A stretch of DNA of 64,000 bases from Bacillota bacterium (GTDB taxonomy: Bacteria > Bacillota > Clostridia > Saccharofermentanales > DTU023). This document shows, one piece after another, positions 26,155 through 36,559 of this stretch (positions are counted from its first letter, which is position 1; each line of letters opens with the position of its first letter). Position numbers and translations under genes: made by a program. The notes below the pieces were generated by a model. It saw only the letters and a program-made list of their open reading frames with translations. It ran no database searches and was not told the origin of the DNA. The stretch covers positions 8,875 through 72,874 of the forward strand of contig JAMNZB010000065.1 in NCBI GenBank assembly GCA_023622515.1, read 5' to 3'.

Positions 26155-27660
26155 TCAGCTGCGCTGGCTGGCATAAAGGGCCCTGGCAAGCAGGCCGGTA
26201 TCTATTCGGCTGAGCTCTTCGGCAGTAAAGCGGATGGTCCAGTTGTGGTCGCCAACCGTACCGGGGAGGTTAATGCGATAACGGTTGTCGCAAGCGAGCA
26301 GATCTTGAACGGGTATGATTACGGTATTTGCGGGGCTATTAAAGAGGGCAATGATGGCGCGCCTGACGATGCTCATATCATGTCCGTCCGCCCTGGCTGT
26401 TATAGGTAAATCCAGGTAGCTTGAAAAGAGCGCCCAGTCTTCGTTGTTCATAGCTTTGATAAAGCCGATTAAGGTATCGTTATCATGGGTGCCGGTGAAG
26501 GCAACGGTATTTTTGCCATAAGAATGGGGCCTATTGCTTGTCTTGTTGTCGTGAGCATTAAAAGCAAAGAGCAGGATTTTCATACCGGGGAGGCCACTTT
26601 CTTTTATAAATTTTCCTGTATCGTCCGTGATTACTCCCAGGTCTTCAGCAATGATGGCTTCTCTCGGGTAAAGGGAGAAGAACTTGTTAAATAAGTCCAT
26701 GCCGGGGCCTTTTTCCCAAGTGCCATTCACCGCGGTCCTTTCTCCGTAAGGAACCGCCCAATAGGATTTAAAGCCTATAAAATGGTCAAGGCGGACTTTA
26801 TCGTAAAGCTCCAGTGATTTTCCCAGCCGCCTGACCCAATAGTCATAATGGTCTTCTTTCAGAGCCTTCCAGTCATAAAGGGGGTTGCCCCAGAGTTGTC
26901 CGGTAGGGCTGAAATAATCAGGGGGCACTCCGGCTACTCTTGTTATATTACCCTCCTCATCCGTTTCAAAGAAATTTCTGTTTGCCCACAAATCAGAAGA
27001 GTCGGCAGCGGGATAAATGGGCAGGTCGCCGATAATAGAAAGGCCAAGTGCATTTATTTCTTTTTTTAGCTCCAGCCACTGGTTATGAAAGATAAACTGC
27101 TCAAAGCAAAAGTAGTTAAAGAGAGATTGATTTTCTTGTACAAATCGGGCAACTTCTTCCTTGTCGCAAGCGGCCAGCGCCTTATTCGGCCAATCCCACC
27201 AAGCTAAATGGCCATATTTTTTGTGGATGCTCATATAGGCTGCATAGTCCCTGAGCCAATAGGCTTCTTTTTCCAAAAAATAGCGGATGTCTTCTTTATC
27301 TTTTTCTTGTAGGCGGGTAAAGGCAAGACCCAGCATATAGTCCTGTTTGCTTTCCCAAGACTCGTAATCGACCCTTTGTGGCGACGAACTTGAAAAAAGT
27401 AATTCCCCGGGCAGCAAAAGTCCTTTCTCTACCAGCTTACGAGGATCGATAAAGAGCTTGGAGCCGGCAAAAGAAGAGTGGGCGGCGTAGGGGGAATAAA
27501 AGGCTCCCGGAGGGGAGAAGGGCAGGGTGAGCCACTCCCTAAATCCGGCTAAGTGTAATTGCCCGGCAAATTCTAAGGCCTCTTTGCCAAAGACTCCGCC
27601 ATCAAAGGGACCCGGTAAAGAAAAAAATGGCATCAAAACTCCTGCAGATCTTCTATTCAT
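26155..27660 (-). CDS. malQ: 4-alpha-glucanotransferase (amylomaltase, GH77)
   Basis: 501 aa; IIGDLPIYPAADSSDLW, VRLDHFIGFKSYW, IIAEDLGVITDD, TGTHDNDT motifs of GH77. Confidence 0.88.
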   Translation of the reverse strand: MNRRSAGVLMPFFSLPGPFDGGVFGKEALEFAGQLHLAGFREWLTLPFSPPGAFYSPYAAHSSFAGSKLFIDPRKLVEKGLLLPGELLFSSSSPQRVDYESWESKQDYMLGLAFTRLQEKDKEDIRYFLEKEAYWLRDYAAYMSIHKKYGHLAWWDWPNKALAACDKEEVARFVQENQSLFNYFCFEQFIFHNQWLELKKEINALGLSIIGDLPIYPAADSSDLWANRNFFETDEEGNITRVAGVPPDYFSPTGQLWGNPLYDWKALKEDHYDYWVRRLGKSLELYDKVRLDHFIGFKSYWAVPYGERTAVNGTWEKGPGMDLFNKFFSLYPREAIIAEDLGVITDDTGKFIKESGLPGMKILLFAFNAHDNKTSNRPHSYGKNTVAFTGTHDNDTLIGFIKAMNNEDWALFSSYLDLPITARADGHDMSIVRRAIIALFNSPANTVIIPVQDLLACDNRYRINLPGTVGDHNWTIRFTAEELSRIDTGLLARALYASQRS

Positions 27661-27720
27661 AGTAACCTCTTTCTGTGTAAAGCATCCGTAAAATTATATG
27701 CGGTATATATTGCACTACAG

Positions 27721-27760
27721 ATTTTAGCACAATATATTCATTGGGGGTTTGTGCTAAAAT
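27721..27760. promoter_or_regulatory. 10-bp inverted repeat ATTTTAGCAC-N20-GTGCTAAAAT giving a TGcTAAAAT extended -10 on each strand (divergent malQ / ruvC promoters)
   Basis: Read directly; the + strand -10 ends 6 nt before the ruvC ATG (27767) and no SD sequence is present. Confidence 0.45.
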
Positions 27761-27766
27761 ATTCCT

Positions 27767-28306
27767 ATGTTTAGTGAAGAGAGTAGGAAGCAAAAACAAG
27801 CGGTAAGGATTTTAGGGGTAGACCCGGGCTACGCAAGGACGGGCTACGCCATATTGGATTGTCGAAATGACCAGTTCCGCATAGTGGATTATGGCTTAAT
27901 TAATACCGAGCCGGACCTGGCCTTTTCCAAGCGCCTTCTGGTCATTGATCGTGCAGTAAATCAATTAGTTGATTTGCATAAACCGGATGTTATGGCCATT
28001 GAGGAAGTTTTTTTCCATAGCAACCGCAAAACAGCCATGGGAACAGCACAGGCCAGGGGAGTTATTATTGTTGCAGCAGCCCGCAAAGGGCTGGATGTAT
28101 ACGAATATACACCGCTACAAGTGAAACTGGCGGTTACCGGTTACGGGCGGGCTGAAAAAAAGCAAGTCCAGAGTATGGTCAAGGTTATTTTGAAATTAAA
28201 AGAAGTTCCTCAACCGGATGATGTTGCTGATGCCATTGCTATTGCGATTTGTCATGGTCATTCCGGAAACAAGAAAAATGCTCTTGTTGTTGGTGGCTAT
28301 AAATAA
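27767..28306 (+). CDS. ruvC: Holliday junction resolvase RuvC
   Basis: RILGVDPGYARTGYAIL (catalytic Asp), ...AIEEVFF..., ...DVADAIAIAICH; 13-aa N-terminal extension relative to the usual start. Confidence 0.9.
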   Translation: MFSEESRKQKQAVRILGVDPGYARTGYAILDCRNDQFRIVDYGLINTEPDLAFSKRLLVIDRAVNQLVDLHKPDVMAIEEVFFHSNRKTAMGTAQARGVIIVAAARKGLDVYEYTPLQVKLAVTGYGRAEKKQVQSMVKVILKLKEVPQPDDVADAIAIAICHGHSGNKKNALVVGGYK

Positions 28307-28383
28307 CAGGTCCGTAGTGAGTAGGGTATAGTAGGCGTTAGATGATATAAACAAAAGATATAAAAAATAGAAAGTTGTGAATT

Positions 28384-29007
28384 ATGATTGCCTTTATTGA
28401 GGGTAAAGTATGTGAAAAAAATAAGGATGGATTGATTATCCTCCAGCAAGGAATAGGTTATCATTTGCAGTTTGATCCCCTTTATGCAGCAAAGATGCCC
28501 GGTGTAGGAGAAACGGCGAGAATCTATACCTATTTCCATGTTCGGGAAGATGCTCTAAGCCTCTACGCTTTTGCAGCGCCTGAAGAAAAACAGCTGTTTG
28601 AGCTTTTGCTTACGGTAAGCGGGATAGGGCCTAAGCTGGCGGGCACCATTGTAGCTTCGATTGACCCTGATGAGTTTGCCCTGGCTATTCTAAATTCCGA
28701 TTTGAAACGTATAACAAGTATCAAGGGTGTTGGCAAGAAGACCGGAGAACGGCTGATCTTTGAGCTGAAAGATAAATTAGCCAAGTCGACCGACAAAAAG
28801 ACTTTGGAGAATTTAACGAGCTTTTCACAGGTCGGTGCTTCGCCCGAGTCAGCTATTCGCTTAGAAGCCATCGCCGCTTTACGAGTTCTTGGCTATTCGG
28901 AACAAGAGGCGGAAAGAGCCGTCGAAAGGGTTTACTCAATTACAGGAGCCGAGCTTAGCCTTAATGAATTAATACGCCAGGCTTTAAAGAGCATGGCCAC
29001 CTTGTAG
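28384..29007 (+). CDS. ruvA: Holliday junction branch-migration complex subunit RuvA
   Basis: MIAFIEGKV... OB-fold start, two HhH motifs ([21 protein letters not shown]), C-terminal domain III. Confidence 0.92.
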   Translation: MIAFIEGKVCEKNKDGLIILQQGIGYHLQFDPLYAAKMPGVGETARIYTYFHVREDALSLYAFAAPEEKQLFELLLTVSGIGPKLAGTIVASIDPDEFALAILNSDLKRITSIKGVGKKTGERLIFELKDKLAKSTDKKTLENLTSFSQVGASPESAIRLEAIAALRVLGYSEQEAERAVERVYSITGAELSLNELIRQALKSMATL

Positions 29008-29023
29008 GAGGAAACGTTTTTCT

Positions 29024-30151
29024 ATGTCTGATAACGGTTTTTTTAGCATGTATGATGACGAGGCCACCTACGAAGAGGAAGAACGGGTTATTTCCAGAGA
29101 AAGGCTCAGCTCCGACCGCGAAGATGCCGGCATGCGTCCCCATACCTGGGAGGAATATTTCGGTCAAGAAAAGATTAAGGCTAATCTTTCCGTATTTATC
29201 CGGGCTGCCCTGCAAAGGGGAGAAGCCCTTGACCATGTCTTACTCTATGGTCCTCCGGGACTGGGTAAAACTACCCTTGCCGGAATTATTGCTACAGAAC
29301 TGGGTGTCCAGATGAAAATCAGTTCAGGTCCGGCCATTGAGCGGCAGGGTGATTTGGCGGCCATTCTTACGAATTTACAAGAACGTGATGTCCTTTTTAT
29401 CGATGAGATTCATCGCTTAAATCGTCAGGTCGAAGAAATACTTTACCCGGCCATGGAAGACTATGCTCTGGATATTATGATTGGCAAGGGCCCCTCTGCA
29501 AGGTCAATCCGCCTGGATTTGCCCCAGTTTACCCTGATTGGCGCCACAACCAGGGCCGGCCTCTTAACGAGCCCTCTGCGTGACCGCTTTGGTATGATGC
29601 TCCGCTTAGAGCTCTATGAGCCTAAGGAAATTGCCCAAATTTTAAAACGCAATGCCGGTGTCCTGTCTATGGGTATAACGGAGGAAGCCTTAAGGGTTAT
29701 TTCTTCACGTTGCCGGGGAACTCCACGGGTTGCCATCCGCATTTTACGCCGTTTACGGGATTTTGCCCAAGTTATGGGTAAGGATACCATCGATATTGAA
29801 GTTGCCCAAAAAGGCTTGGAAGCCCTGGAAATTGATAGTCTTGGCCTTGACCGTACGGACATTACCTTAATGAAAAATATTGCGGAAATCTTTGCCGGAG
29901 GTCCTGTTGGCCTTGACACACTGGCGGCAACCAGCGGAGAGGATGCCGGAACGATAGAGGATGTATACGAGCCGTACTTGATGCAAATCGGTTTTATCTC
30001 CAAAACTCCGCGAGGGCGTATCTTAAACAGGGGGGCCTATGAACACCTGGCTTTGCCCTATCCGGATCGTAGGGGAGGGACAGAAAACGCTATTTCTGAA
30101 GCTCAAGCGGGAGAGCAACTGAGTTTTGACTTCGGGGAGGCGCTTGAGTAG
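29024..30151 (+). CDS. ruvB: Holliday junction branch-migration ATPase RuvB
   Basis: Walker [10 protein letters not shown], Walker [10 protein letters not shown], sensor regions; ~30-aa acidic N-terminal extension. Confidence 0.95.
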   Translation: MSDNGFFSMYDDEATYEEEERVISRERLSSDREDAGMRPHTWEEYFGQEKIKANLSVFIRAALQRGEALDHVLLYGPPGLGKTTLAGIIATELGVQMKISSGPAIERQGDLAAILTNLQERDVLFIDEIHRLNRQVEEILYPAMEDYALDIMIGKGPSARSIRLDLPQFTLIGATTRAGLLTSPLRDRFGMMLRLELYEPKEIAQILKRNAGVLSMGITEEALRVISSRCRGTPRVAIRILRRLRDFAQVMGKDTIDIEVAQKGLEALEIDSLGLDRTDITLMKNIAEIFAGGPVGLDTLAATSGEDAGTIEDVYEPYLMQIGFISKTPRGRILNRGAYEHLALPYPDRRGGTENAISEAQAGEQLSFDFGEALE

Positions 30152-30775
30152 ATGGATATGATAAAAGATGACCTTATCCGAGAAAGCGGCCTGCTCCTGC
30201 ATGCCTGTTGCGGTCCTTGTGCCGAGTATCCCATTGAGGATTATAGAATAAGGGGAATCAGGCCAATACTTTACTACGCAAACCCCAATATTCATCCGGA
30301 AGCAGAATGGCAAAAACGCTTTGAGGCCTTGGAGTACTTAGCCCGTATCAGACAGCTGGACCTGCATTATAGCCCTTTGTACGGGGAACAGGTATGGCGG
30401 GCTTACCGGGGTAGGGGCAAGCCCTGTATGCTCTGCTATCGCCTGCGCATGGAGGAAGCAGCCAAAAAAGCTCGTGACTTAGCCTTGGGATTTTTTACCA
30501 GCACTCTTTTAATTAGCCCCTATCAAAAGCATGAAGCCATCCAGCAAGCCGGCCGGGCTGCTGGCCAAAAATATGGGGTTGAGTGGCTTGGTGAAGACTG
30601 GCGCAAGTTTTTCCGCGAAGGGCAGCGTATGGCTAGAGAGGATGGCCTGTATCGGCAAAAATACTGCGGCTGTCTCTATTCTCTAAGAGAGTCTGATTTC
30701 CGTGAAAAAGCCGAGAAAGGTCATGCCGAATTTGAAGCCCTGCCGGCAACACCGGAGCCGCAAGCCATGAAGTAG
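30152..30775 (+). CDS. queH: Epoxyqueuosine reductase QueH (DUF208)
   Basis: LLLHACCGPCA... N-terminal Cys motif and ...YRQKYCGCLYS... of DUF208/QueH; ATG directly abuts the ruvB TAG. Confidence 0.8.
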   Translation: MDMIKDDLIRESGLLLHACCGPCAEYPIEDYRIRGIRPILYYANPNIHPEAEWQKRFEALEYLARIRQLDLHYSPLYGEQVWRAYRGRGKPCMLCYRLRMEEAAKKARDLALGFFTSTLLISPYQKHEAIQQAGRAAGQKYGVEWLGEDWRKFFREGQRMAREDGLYRQKYCGCLYSLRESDFREKAEKGHAEFEALPATPEPQAMK

Positions 30776-30826
30776 TATTCTTGCTCTTCTTGCTAAGATC
30801 TTGTATAAAGCGCTTACCAAGTACTT

Positions 30827-32725
30827 TTAGCTCTTATCTGCCCCTTTTGTTTGCGGAAGTTTTGCTTCAGCATAGACTGTCTTTTGCTTTGTGTAATTAA
30901 CGAGGCCGGGTTTTGCTTTGGGAATTTTTGTGACATATTTTATCGGCGTATAGTCGACTTCAATTTTTGCTCCCAGGCCCGTTTTATTGGCGGAAGAAAA
31001 ATAGGCGGCAACCTCTGCCGCTTCTTGTATGGCAAGCCTTGTTGCTTCCTTTCCCTCAAGATGAAGCACCGTATGGGAACCGGGAATATTCTTGGCATGG
31101 AACCAAAGATCATCTTTTCTTGACTTGCGAAAGGTAAGTCGGTCGTTTTCGATATTGTTTCTCCCTACACGAATGGTAAAACCGTCAGAACTTTGGAAGA
31201 CTTTATTATCATGCTCGCGCTTAGCTTGCTGACTCTTCGCTTTTTTCTTTTTATTTTCCTTCTTCGTATAGCGCTTTCTCTTGCCGGGTTTTCCCGGATT
31301 GAGAATCTGTCCTAAAGGAATAGCTTCCTTTTCTTCATGAAGGTTGCCGGCAGTGTGGCCACTTTTTTCTTGGAATTCTTCAAGTTCATCAAGGATGGCT
31401 TCCAGGTCTTGACTGTCTGAAGCAAGGTTAAGCATAGATTCTAAATTGGCAAGCCACTCTTCATCATAACGATCTGCTTCCAGGAGCATTTCTGCCTGCC
31501 TTCTCTTTTCCAGGGCCTTTCGATACAACTTATAATAGCGCTCAACATTCTCAGAAGCATTTAAAGAGGGATTAAGAGGAATTGTTAAGCGGGACAGGTT
31601 CTCGTCATAATAGTTTTCCACTTCTATTTGGCTGCTTTTCCCCGGTATTTGATATATTTTTGTTTGCAATAAGTCACCGTACAGCTTATACTCCTCCGCC
31701 TTCTGCCCCTCGTGCAAGTCTTCTAAGTGCAGGGAACGTTTCCGGGCATTTCTTTTTTGCAATCTCCGAAGCAAACGCTCGCCCTGCTGTCTCTTCTGCC
31801 GGAAGGTGTTTTCGTAATTTTTTCTTTTATAGAAGGCAGCCATGGCCCGGCTATAGCTACTGAAACTTTGAACATAGCTGTAGGCGGAAAGTTCAATGAT
31901 ATGGTAGTCAAGGACTTTATTCAAAGCGGAATCTTTATAGTAGATGGCCGGTTTTAAACGTGCTGCCCTGATATCGCGGACGACACTCCGAAAGCCCCGG
32001 GCTAATTTTTCCAGCTCGCTATCAGATAGTTCAGAAAGGTAAAGGTCAGTGGAAATGCCCGAACGGAAGACCACTTCTTGGGCCAGGAGAGGTGAAAATC
32101 CGGCAAAGGTCTGAAGAAGAAATTTTGCCGGTTTTTGCTTTACATCATAACTTTGCTTTTTGAAGAATAAGTCAATTACGTTTTCTTCGAGTAAATTTTC
32201 TTTGGAGAAAATATTTATCTTATTTTGTGGGGGAGGGGGAATATAATGCCTGGCCGGCATAATTTCCCGGTGGCGGTTGAGGCTGCTGTCAATATGGCGC
32301 ATGGCATCATAAATTAGTCCGCTTTCACGTAAAAAAACAAGGTTTGAATGTTTCCCCATAATTTCAGCAATGAGCCGGTATTCAACAGCATCTCCAATCT
32401 CATTTTTACCACGCAAATAGAAGATGAAGATTCGTTCGCTGGCAGGATTTTCAATCTTATATAATTCAAAAAAAGCGAGCTTGTTTCTTAAGAGTTTGGT
32501 GAAGCCGGACTGATATTTACTTTTGGCCTGAGCTTCTTCACTAAGGAAAATATAAGCTTGCGATGGATTGATAGAGATGAGCAAATTCTCGCTATACCCT
32601 TGTTTGCGGAATTGCAGACAAAGTGAATGGGAGTCAATCTGATAAAGTTGAGAGAGTCTTGCTCCGACAATTCTCTCCTCCAGTTCAATTTGTAAAAAAT
32701 GTGCCGAAATGCCATCAAGCGCCAT
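30827..32725 (-). CDS. rqcH: Ribosome quality-control factor RqcH (FbpA/NFACT family)
   Basis: 632 aa; MALDGISAHFLQIELEERIVGARLSQLYQ N-terminus (NFACT-N), coiled-coil middle, C-terminal DDLWFHAKNIPGSHTVL (NFACT-R/DUF814). Confidence 0.88.
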   Translation of the reverse strand: MALDGISAHFLQIELEERIVGARLSQLYQIDSHSLCLQFRKQGYSENLLISINPSQAYIFLSEEAQAKSKYQSGFTKLLRNKLAFFELYKIENPASERIFIFYLRGKNEIGDAVEYRLIAEIMGKHSNLVFLRESGLIYDAMRHIDSSLNRHREIMPARHYIPPPPQNKINIFSKENLLEENVIDLFFKKQSYDVKQKPAKFLLQTFAGFSPLLAQEVVFRSGISTDLYLSELSDSELEKLARGFRSVVRDIRAARLKPAIYYKDSALNKVLDYHIIELSAYSYVQSFSSYSRAMAAFYKRKNYENTFRQKRQQGERLLRRLQKRNARKRSLHLEDLHEGQKAEEYKLYGDLLQTKIYQIPGKSSQIEVENYYDENLSRLTIPLNPSLNASENVERYYKLYRKALEKRRQAEMLLEADRYDEEWLANLESMLNLASDSQDLEAILDELEEFQEKSGHTAGNLHEEKEAIPLGQILNPGKPGKRKRYTKKENKKKKAKSQQAKREHDNKVFQSSDGFTIRVGRNNIENDRLTFRKSRKDDLWFHAKNIPGSHTVLHLEGKEATRLAIQEAAEVAAYFSSANKTGLGAKIEVDYTPIKYVTKIPKAKPGLVNYTKQKTVYAEAKLPQTKGADKS

Positions 32726-32845
32726 TAGAATCTCCTAGTCTTTGCTAAAAACAAATAGCCTTGCCAACCGGCCTTAGTTACTTGAGTAAGGCCGCGGGCG
32801 ATACTTGGTCTAATCAGAGTGTAGTATAGTCCTTTTCTTGATTCT

Positions 32846-32874
32846 TTAGCAAGCGGATGTCTTTCTGCTATAAT
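32846..32874 (+). promoter_or_regulatory. Candidate promoter (weak -35 TTAGCA, extended -10 TGCTATAAT) for the small membrane protein/nagB unit
   Basis: TGC+TATAAT at 32866-32874, 18 nt before ATG 32892. Confidence 0.45.
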
Positions 32875-32891
32875 CTTTGCTGGGAGGACAT

Positions 32892-33194
32892 ATGGCTAAA
32901 ACAAAGAATAAAAGGCAGCAAAAAAAATCAAGTCAAGTAGAGGGTGCCCACGAGAGTAGCGGGGATTTAAGGGTTTGGCAAAAGATTGCTTACTCTTTGC
33001 CGGGAAAAACCGTGCTGTTTATCGCCGCTGTCGTTTTGCTCTTTTTCCTCAATCTTCTCCTGAGCGGGGACAGCTTAGAGCGTTTCACCTTATTTTGCGG
33101 ATTAGAAATTTTACTTGCTATTGTTATCGCATGGGCTATATTTTTCCTCAGACGAAAGAAAGATTCAGAGGAAGATCAAGAGAATGATTGTTAA
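32892..33194 (+). CDS. Small membrane protein (2 predicted TM helices), unknown function
   Basis: GGGAGGA RBS then ATG 32892; basic N-terminus, hydrophobic stretches VLFIAAVVLLFFLNLLL and LEILLAIVIAWAIFFL; overlaps the nagB start by 11 nt. Confidence 0.5.
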   Translation: MAKTKNKRQQKKSSQVEGAHESSGDLRVWQKIAYSLPGKTVLFIAAVVLLFFLNLLLSGDSLERFTLFCGLEILLAIVIAWAIFFLRRKKDSEEDQENDC

Positions 33195-33906
33195 AATCTA
33201 TAAAAATTATGAAGAGATGAGCCTTCGTGCTGCAGAGCTTCTAGCTTCTCAGATTCGTATCAAGCCCGACTCGGTTATTGGCTTGGCGACCGGCTCAACA
33301 CCCCTGGGCTTATATAAAGAACTGGTGCGCATGCATCAAGAGGAAGAGTTGGACTTTTCTGCTATACGAACCCTAAACTTAGATGAGTATATTGGTCTGG
33401 GCATAGAGAGCGAAAATAGCTATGTCTACTATATGAATGATGTGCTTTTTTCTAAAGTAAATATTCTTCCGCAAAACACCTATATTCCTAATGGATTGGC
33501 CATAGATCCTGCAGCAGAAGCCTTACGCTATGAAGCCCTGTGCGCCTCTCTGGAGATAGATTTTCAGCTATTAGGGGCAGGTCCTAATGGCCATATCGGT
33601 TTTAATGAGCCGGCTGAGTTTCTTCGCGGCCCCTGTCATATCGCTGAATTGACGACGGATACGATTGAAGCCAATAAACGTTTCTTTGGAACAGCTGATG
33701 AAGTGCCTAGGACCGCTATAACCATGGGAATGAAGCAAATCTTGCGTGCAAAGAAGATCCTCCTCCTTCTAAATGGCGAAAAAAAGGCGGAAGTCCTCCG
33801 CGACCTGCTAAAAGGGGAGATTTGCCCTAAAATGCCGGTGTCCATTTTACGCTTACATGAAGATGTTACGGTTATGGCGGATGAAGCGGCGGCAAAATTG
33901 CTTTAG
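33184..33906 (+). CDS. nagB: Glucosamine-6-phosphate deaminase
   Basis: MIVKIYKNYEEMS...VIGLATGSTPLGLYKELV..., ...GPNGHIGFNEP... motifs; the track ORF starts at an upstream in-frame TTG. Confidence 0.9.
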   Translation: MIVKIYKNYEEMSLRAAELLASQIRIKPDSVIGLATGSTPLGLYKELVRMHQEEELDFSAIRTLNLDEYIGLGIESENSYVYYMNDVLFSKVNILPQNTYIPNGLAIDPAAEALRYEALCASLEIDFQLLGAGPNGHIGFNEPAEFLRGPCHIAELTTDTIEANKRFFGTADEVPRTAITMGMKQILRAKKILLLLNGEKKAEVLRDLLKGEICPKMPVSILRLHEDVTVMADEAAAKLL

Positions 33907-33933
33907 CTAAAAGTAGCTTGTATTCCGGCATAA

Positions 33934-33968
33934 AGAATGCCCCGAATTGTTTCGGGGCATTTTCTTTT
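33934..33968. terminator. Bidirectional Rho-independent terminator (nagB on +, prs-like pair on -)
   Basis: AATGCCCCGAA (33936-33946) / TTCGGGGCATT (33951-33961); T run downstream and A run upstream. Confidence 0.85.
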
Positions 33969-34062
33969 AGGATAAAAGTACAGGGACAAGATATTGGTCA
34001 AATGCTTTTTGTCCGGCTATAGCCTGTCTGCTCAAGTTTTACCTTGCCTTGATTCTTCCAAA

Positions 34063-35280
34063 CTACTTAAGACCGTCGAGTAGTTTCTTAATCTTAACAC
34101 TCGGATCTAAGAGATTAGATAGCGAGGCATTATGATTAAGTGAGTCAATCAGGAGGGCAACAAATTTTGTCATATCAGCTTCGGTAAACCAGGGAGCTGC
34201 TAGAAGCTCGGGAGAATGGTAGTTAAGATTTGTACAGAAAACATGGTCGATAAGCCCCTCTTCATAGGCCCGGTCAAAGCGCTCAATGCCGCTGGTGAAC
34301 AAGCCGAATGAGGTGGCGCAAAAGATACGTCGGGCGTTTTTTGCTTTCAAGATTTTTGCTAGATCGAGCATAGAATCTCCGGAAGAAATCATGTCGTCGA
34401 CAATCAGGATATCGTAGCCTTCGACAGAACTACCTAAAAATTCATGGGCGACAATCGGATTTCTCCCGTCTTCGATAACGGAATAATCGCGGCGTTTATA
34501 GAAGGTGCCTAACTTCAATTCCAGCATGTTGGCGTAGTACATAGCGCGTTTTATCCCGCCTTCATCAGGGCTGACAATCATGAGTTGGTCAGGGGAGAAG
34601 GAGATGTCGGGGAATTTTTTTATGATGGCTTTCAAAATTTGATAGGTTGTTGAGATAGATTCAAAACCACCGGTGGGAACCGAGTTCGATACGCGGTCAT
34701 CGTGAGCATCAAAGGTTATGAAGTTACTGATACCTAAACTGAAGAGTTCTTCCAGGGCATAGGCACAGTCAAGGGATTCTCTTGATGACCGGCGATGTTG
34801 CCTGCTTTCATACAAAAAGGGCATGACAACATTAATTCGGCTAGCTTTACCGGATATGGCCAGGATGGTGCGAACCAGATTCTGATAGTGGTCATCCGGA
34901 CTCATATGGTTTTCAATACCAAACATGTTATAGGTTTCACTATAATTCATCGGGTCGACAATAAGATACAAGTCATGCCCGCGGACAGTACTGTCAATAA
35001 CGGCTTTGGCTTCACCTGAAGAGAAACGAATTAAGGAGATTGGTATTTCATAAGTATCCCGTATAAATCCGGGGGTTAAATCTTCCGGTTTCCAGCTTTC
35101 CAAATATTCCAGGCGCCTTGTGCGAAGTTTATTATTTACCTCTCTTGTAAATGCTTCTGCTCCTGTTAGGGCAATGACACCAATCGGGCCCATGGAGAAC
35201 ATCCGGTTATCTCCGTACTGGTCGTATGTATAATAAGTATTGTCTTTTTGCTCATTGAATTTAAAATTTGACTGTTCCAT
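34063..35280 (-). CDS. Ribose-phosphate pyrophosphokinase-like protein, long form (paralog A, more canonical)
   Basis: RFSSGEAKAVIDSTVRGHDLYLI, NVVMPFLYESRQHRR, FDAHD, VSPDEGGIKRA, ILIVDDMISSGDS align with Prs motifs; ~405 aa versus ~315 typical; start ATG 35280 (track: TTG 35292). Confidence 0.75.
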   Translation of the reverse strand: MEQSNFKFNEQKDNTYYTYDQYGDNRMFSMGPIGVIALTGAEAFTREVNNKLRTRRLEYLESWKPEDLTPGFIRDTYEIPISLIRFSSGEAKAVIDSTVRGHDLYLIVDPMNYSETYNMFGIENHMSPDDHYQNLVRTILAISGKASRINVVMPFLYESRQHRRSSRESLDCAYALEELFSLGISNFITFDAHDDRVSNSVPTGGFESISTTYQILKAIIKKFPDISFSPDQLMIVSPDEGGIKRAMYYANMLELKLGTFYKRRDYSVIEDGRNPIVAHEFLGSSVEGYDILIVDDMISSGDSMLDLAKILKAKNARRIFCATSFGLFTSGIERFDRAYEEGLIDHVFCTNLNYHSPELLAAPWFTEADMTKFVALLIDSLNHNASLSNLLDPSVKIKKLLDGLK

Positions 35281-35335
35281 AATTCCCCTCAATTTTTAAT
35301 TTTATTACTATTTTGGCTAGTTGCTTTTTTCTGTT

Positions 35336-36559
35336 TTATATTTTTTCATTATTTTCCTGCTTGCGATTAAGCTTATGCTTTCCGTAATAGTTGGAGAGGA
35401 GCTTGTTGAGCTTTTTCTCCGGGTTGAGCAGGGCGCTAAGTGAAGCGTTGTGATTCAAAGAATCGATAACTTGGGCAAGACTTCCACTCATATCGACCGG
35501 CTCAAACCAAGGGGCGTCGAAAAGCGGGCGTGGCAGGCGAATTAGATTACTTGCAAAGATTTTATCGATAATGCCGAAATCATAGGCCTGATTCATGCGT
35601 TCATAGCCTTCGGTAAATAGGGCGAAACTGGCTGAGGCAAAAACACGCTTAGCCCCGTTTTCTTTTAGATAGTTGGCGCAACTTAAAAAAGTGTTGCCGG
35701 TGTTAATCATGTCATCAACAATCAAAACGTCTTTTCCTTCAATACTCTCACCGAGGAAGTCGCGAGTTACACTCCCGTCCGCTTCGTAAATGCGATAGAA
35801 GGTCCCTAAAGGTACTCTCATCATTGTGGCATAGTAAATAGCCTTATTTATAGATGTTTCGGAGGGACTGATTACCATACAGTGGTCACTGTCAAGGGCG
35901 AGGTCGGGAACTGTTTCAAGGATTTTTTCAATAATTTGATAGGCTGTAGGAAAGTTTTCGAAGTTCTGGCGAGGGACGGCATTGGCAACACGCCCGTCAT
36001 GGGCATCGAATGTAATGAAGTTACTGACTCCTAAGTCAAATAGCTGACGAAGAATAATCGCACAATCCATAGAAGAGCGGTTCATGCGTTCACTTCTTCT
36101 TCCTTCGTACAAATAGGGCATGATGACATTAATTCGGTTACAAACCCCATGGGTCGATGTAATAATACGGACCAGGTCTTGATAATGGTCATCAGGGCTT
36201 AGGGAAAGCATCTGATTAAAGCGGTTCATATAGATACCATCATTTAGAACATCGGTAATGATATAGAGGTCATGACCGCGGACGGTATCCAGGAGTTCCG
36301 CTTTACCTTCTCCTGTTTTAAAACGCTTCAAATCAATTGCAATGCGATAATCTTTTCGTAAATAACCCACATATTTTTCCAGACTGGGGTATTCTCGGAT
36401 ATACTGCTGTCTTTTTTGGCGTAATTTTCGGATAATCTCATCAGCAAAAGTGCTGTTGATTTGTTGGGTGATGATACCAATGGGCCCAACAGGTTCCATG
36501 GTATTTTCACCGTAGTGCCAAAAAGAAAATTTATCTTGGCCGTTTTTCTGCGAAACCAT
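35336..36559 (-). CDS. Ribose-phosphate pyrophosphokinase-like protein, long form (paralog B, more divergent)
   Basis: Same architecture as paralog A but YEGRRSERMNRSS replaces Y.RQDRK and ISPSETSINKA replaces SPDHGG; start ATG 36559 behind GGGAGGAG (track: 36607). Confidence 0.7.
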   Translation of the reverse strand: MVSQKNGQDKFSFWHYGENTMEPVGPIGIITQQINSTFADEIIRKLRQKRQQYIREYPSLEKYVGYLRKDYRIAIDLKRFKTGEGKAELLDTVRGHDLYIITDVLNDGIYMNRFNQMLSLSPDDHYQDLVRIITSTHGVCNRINVIMPYLYEGRRSERMNRSSMDCAIILRQLFDLGVSNFITFDAHDGRVANAVPRQNFENFPTAYQIIEKILETVPDLALDSDHCMVISPSETSINKAIYYATMMRVPLGTFYRIYEADGSVTRDFLGESIEGKDVLIVDDMINTGNTFLSCANYLKENGAKRVFASASFALFTEGYERMNQAYDFGIIDKIFASNLIRLPRPLFDAPWFEPVDMSGSLAQVIDSLNHNASLSALLNPEKKLNKLLSNYYGKHKLNRKQENNEKI

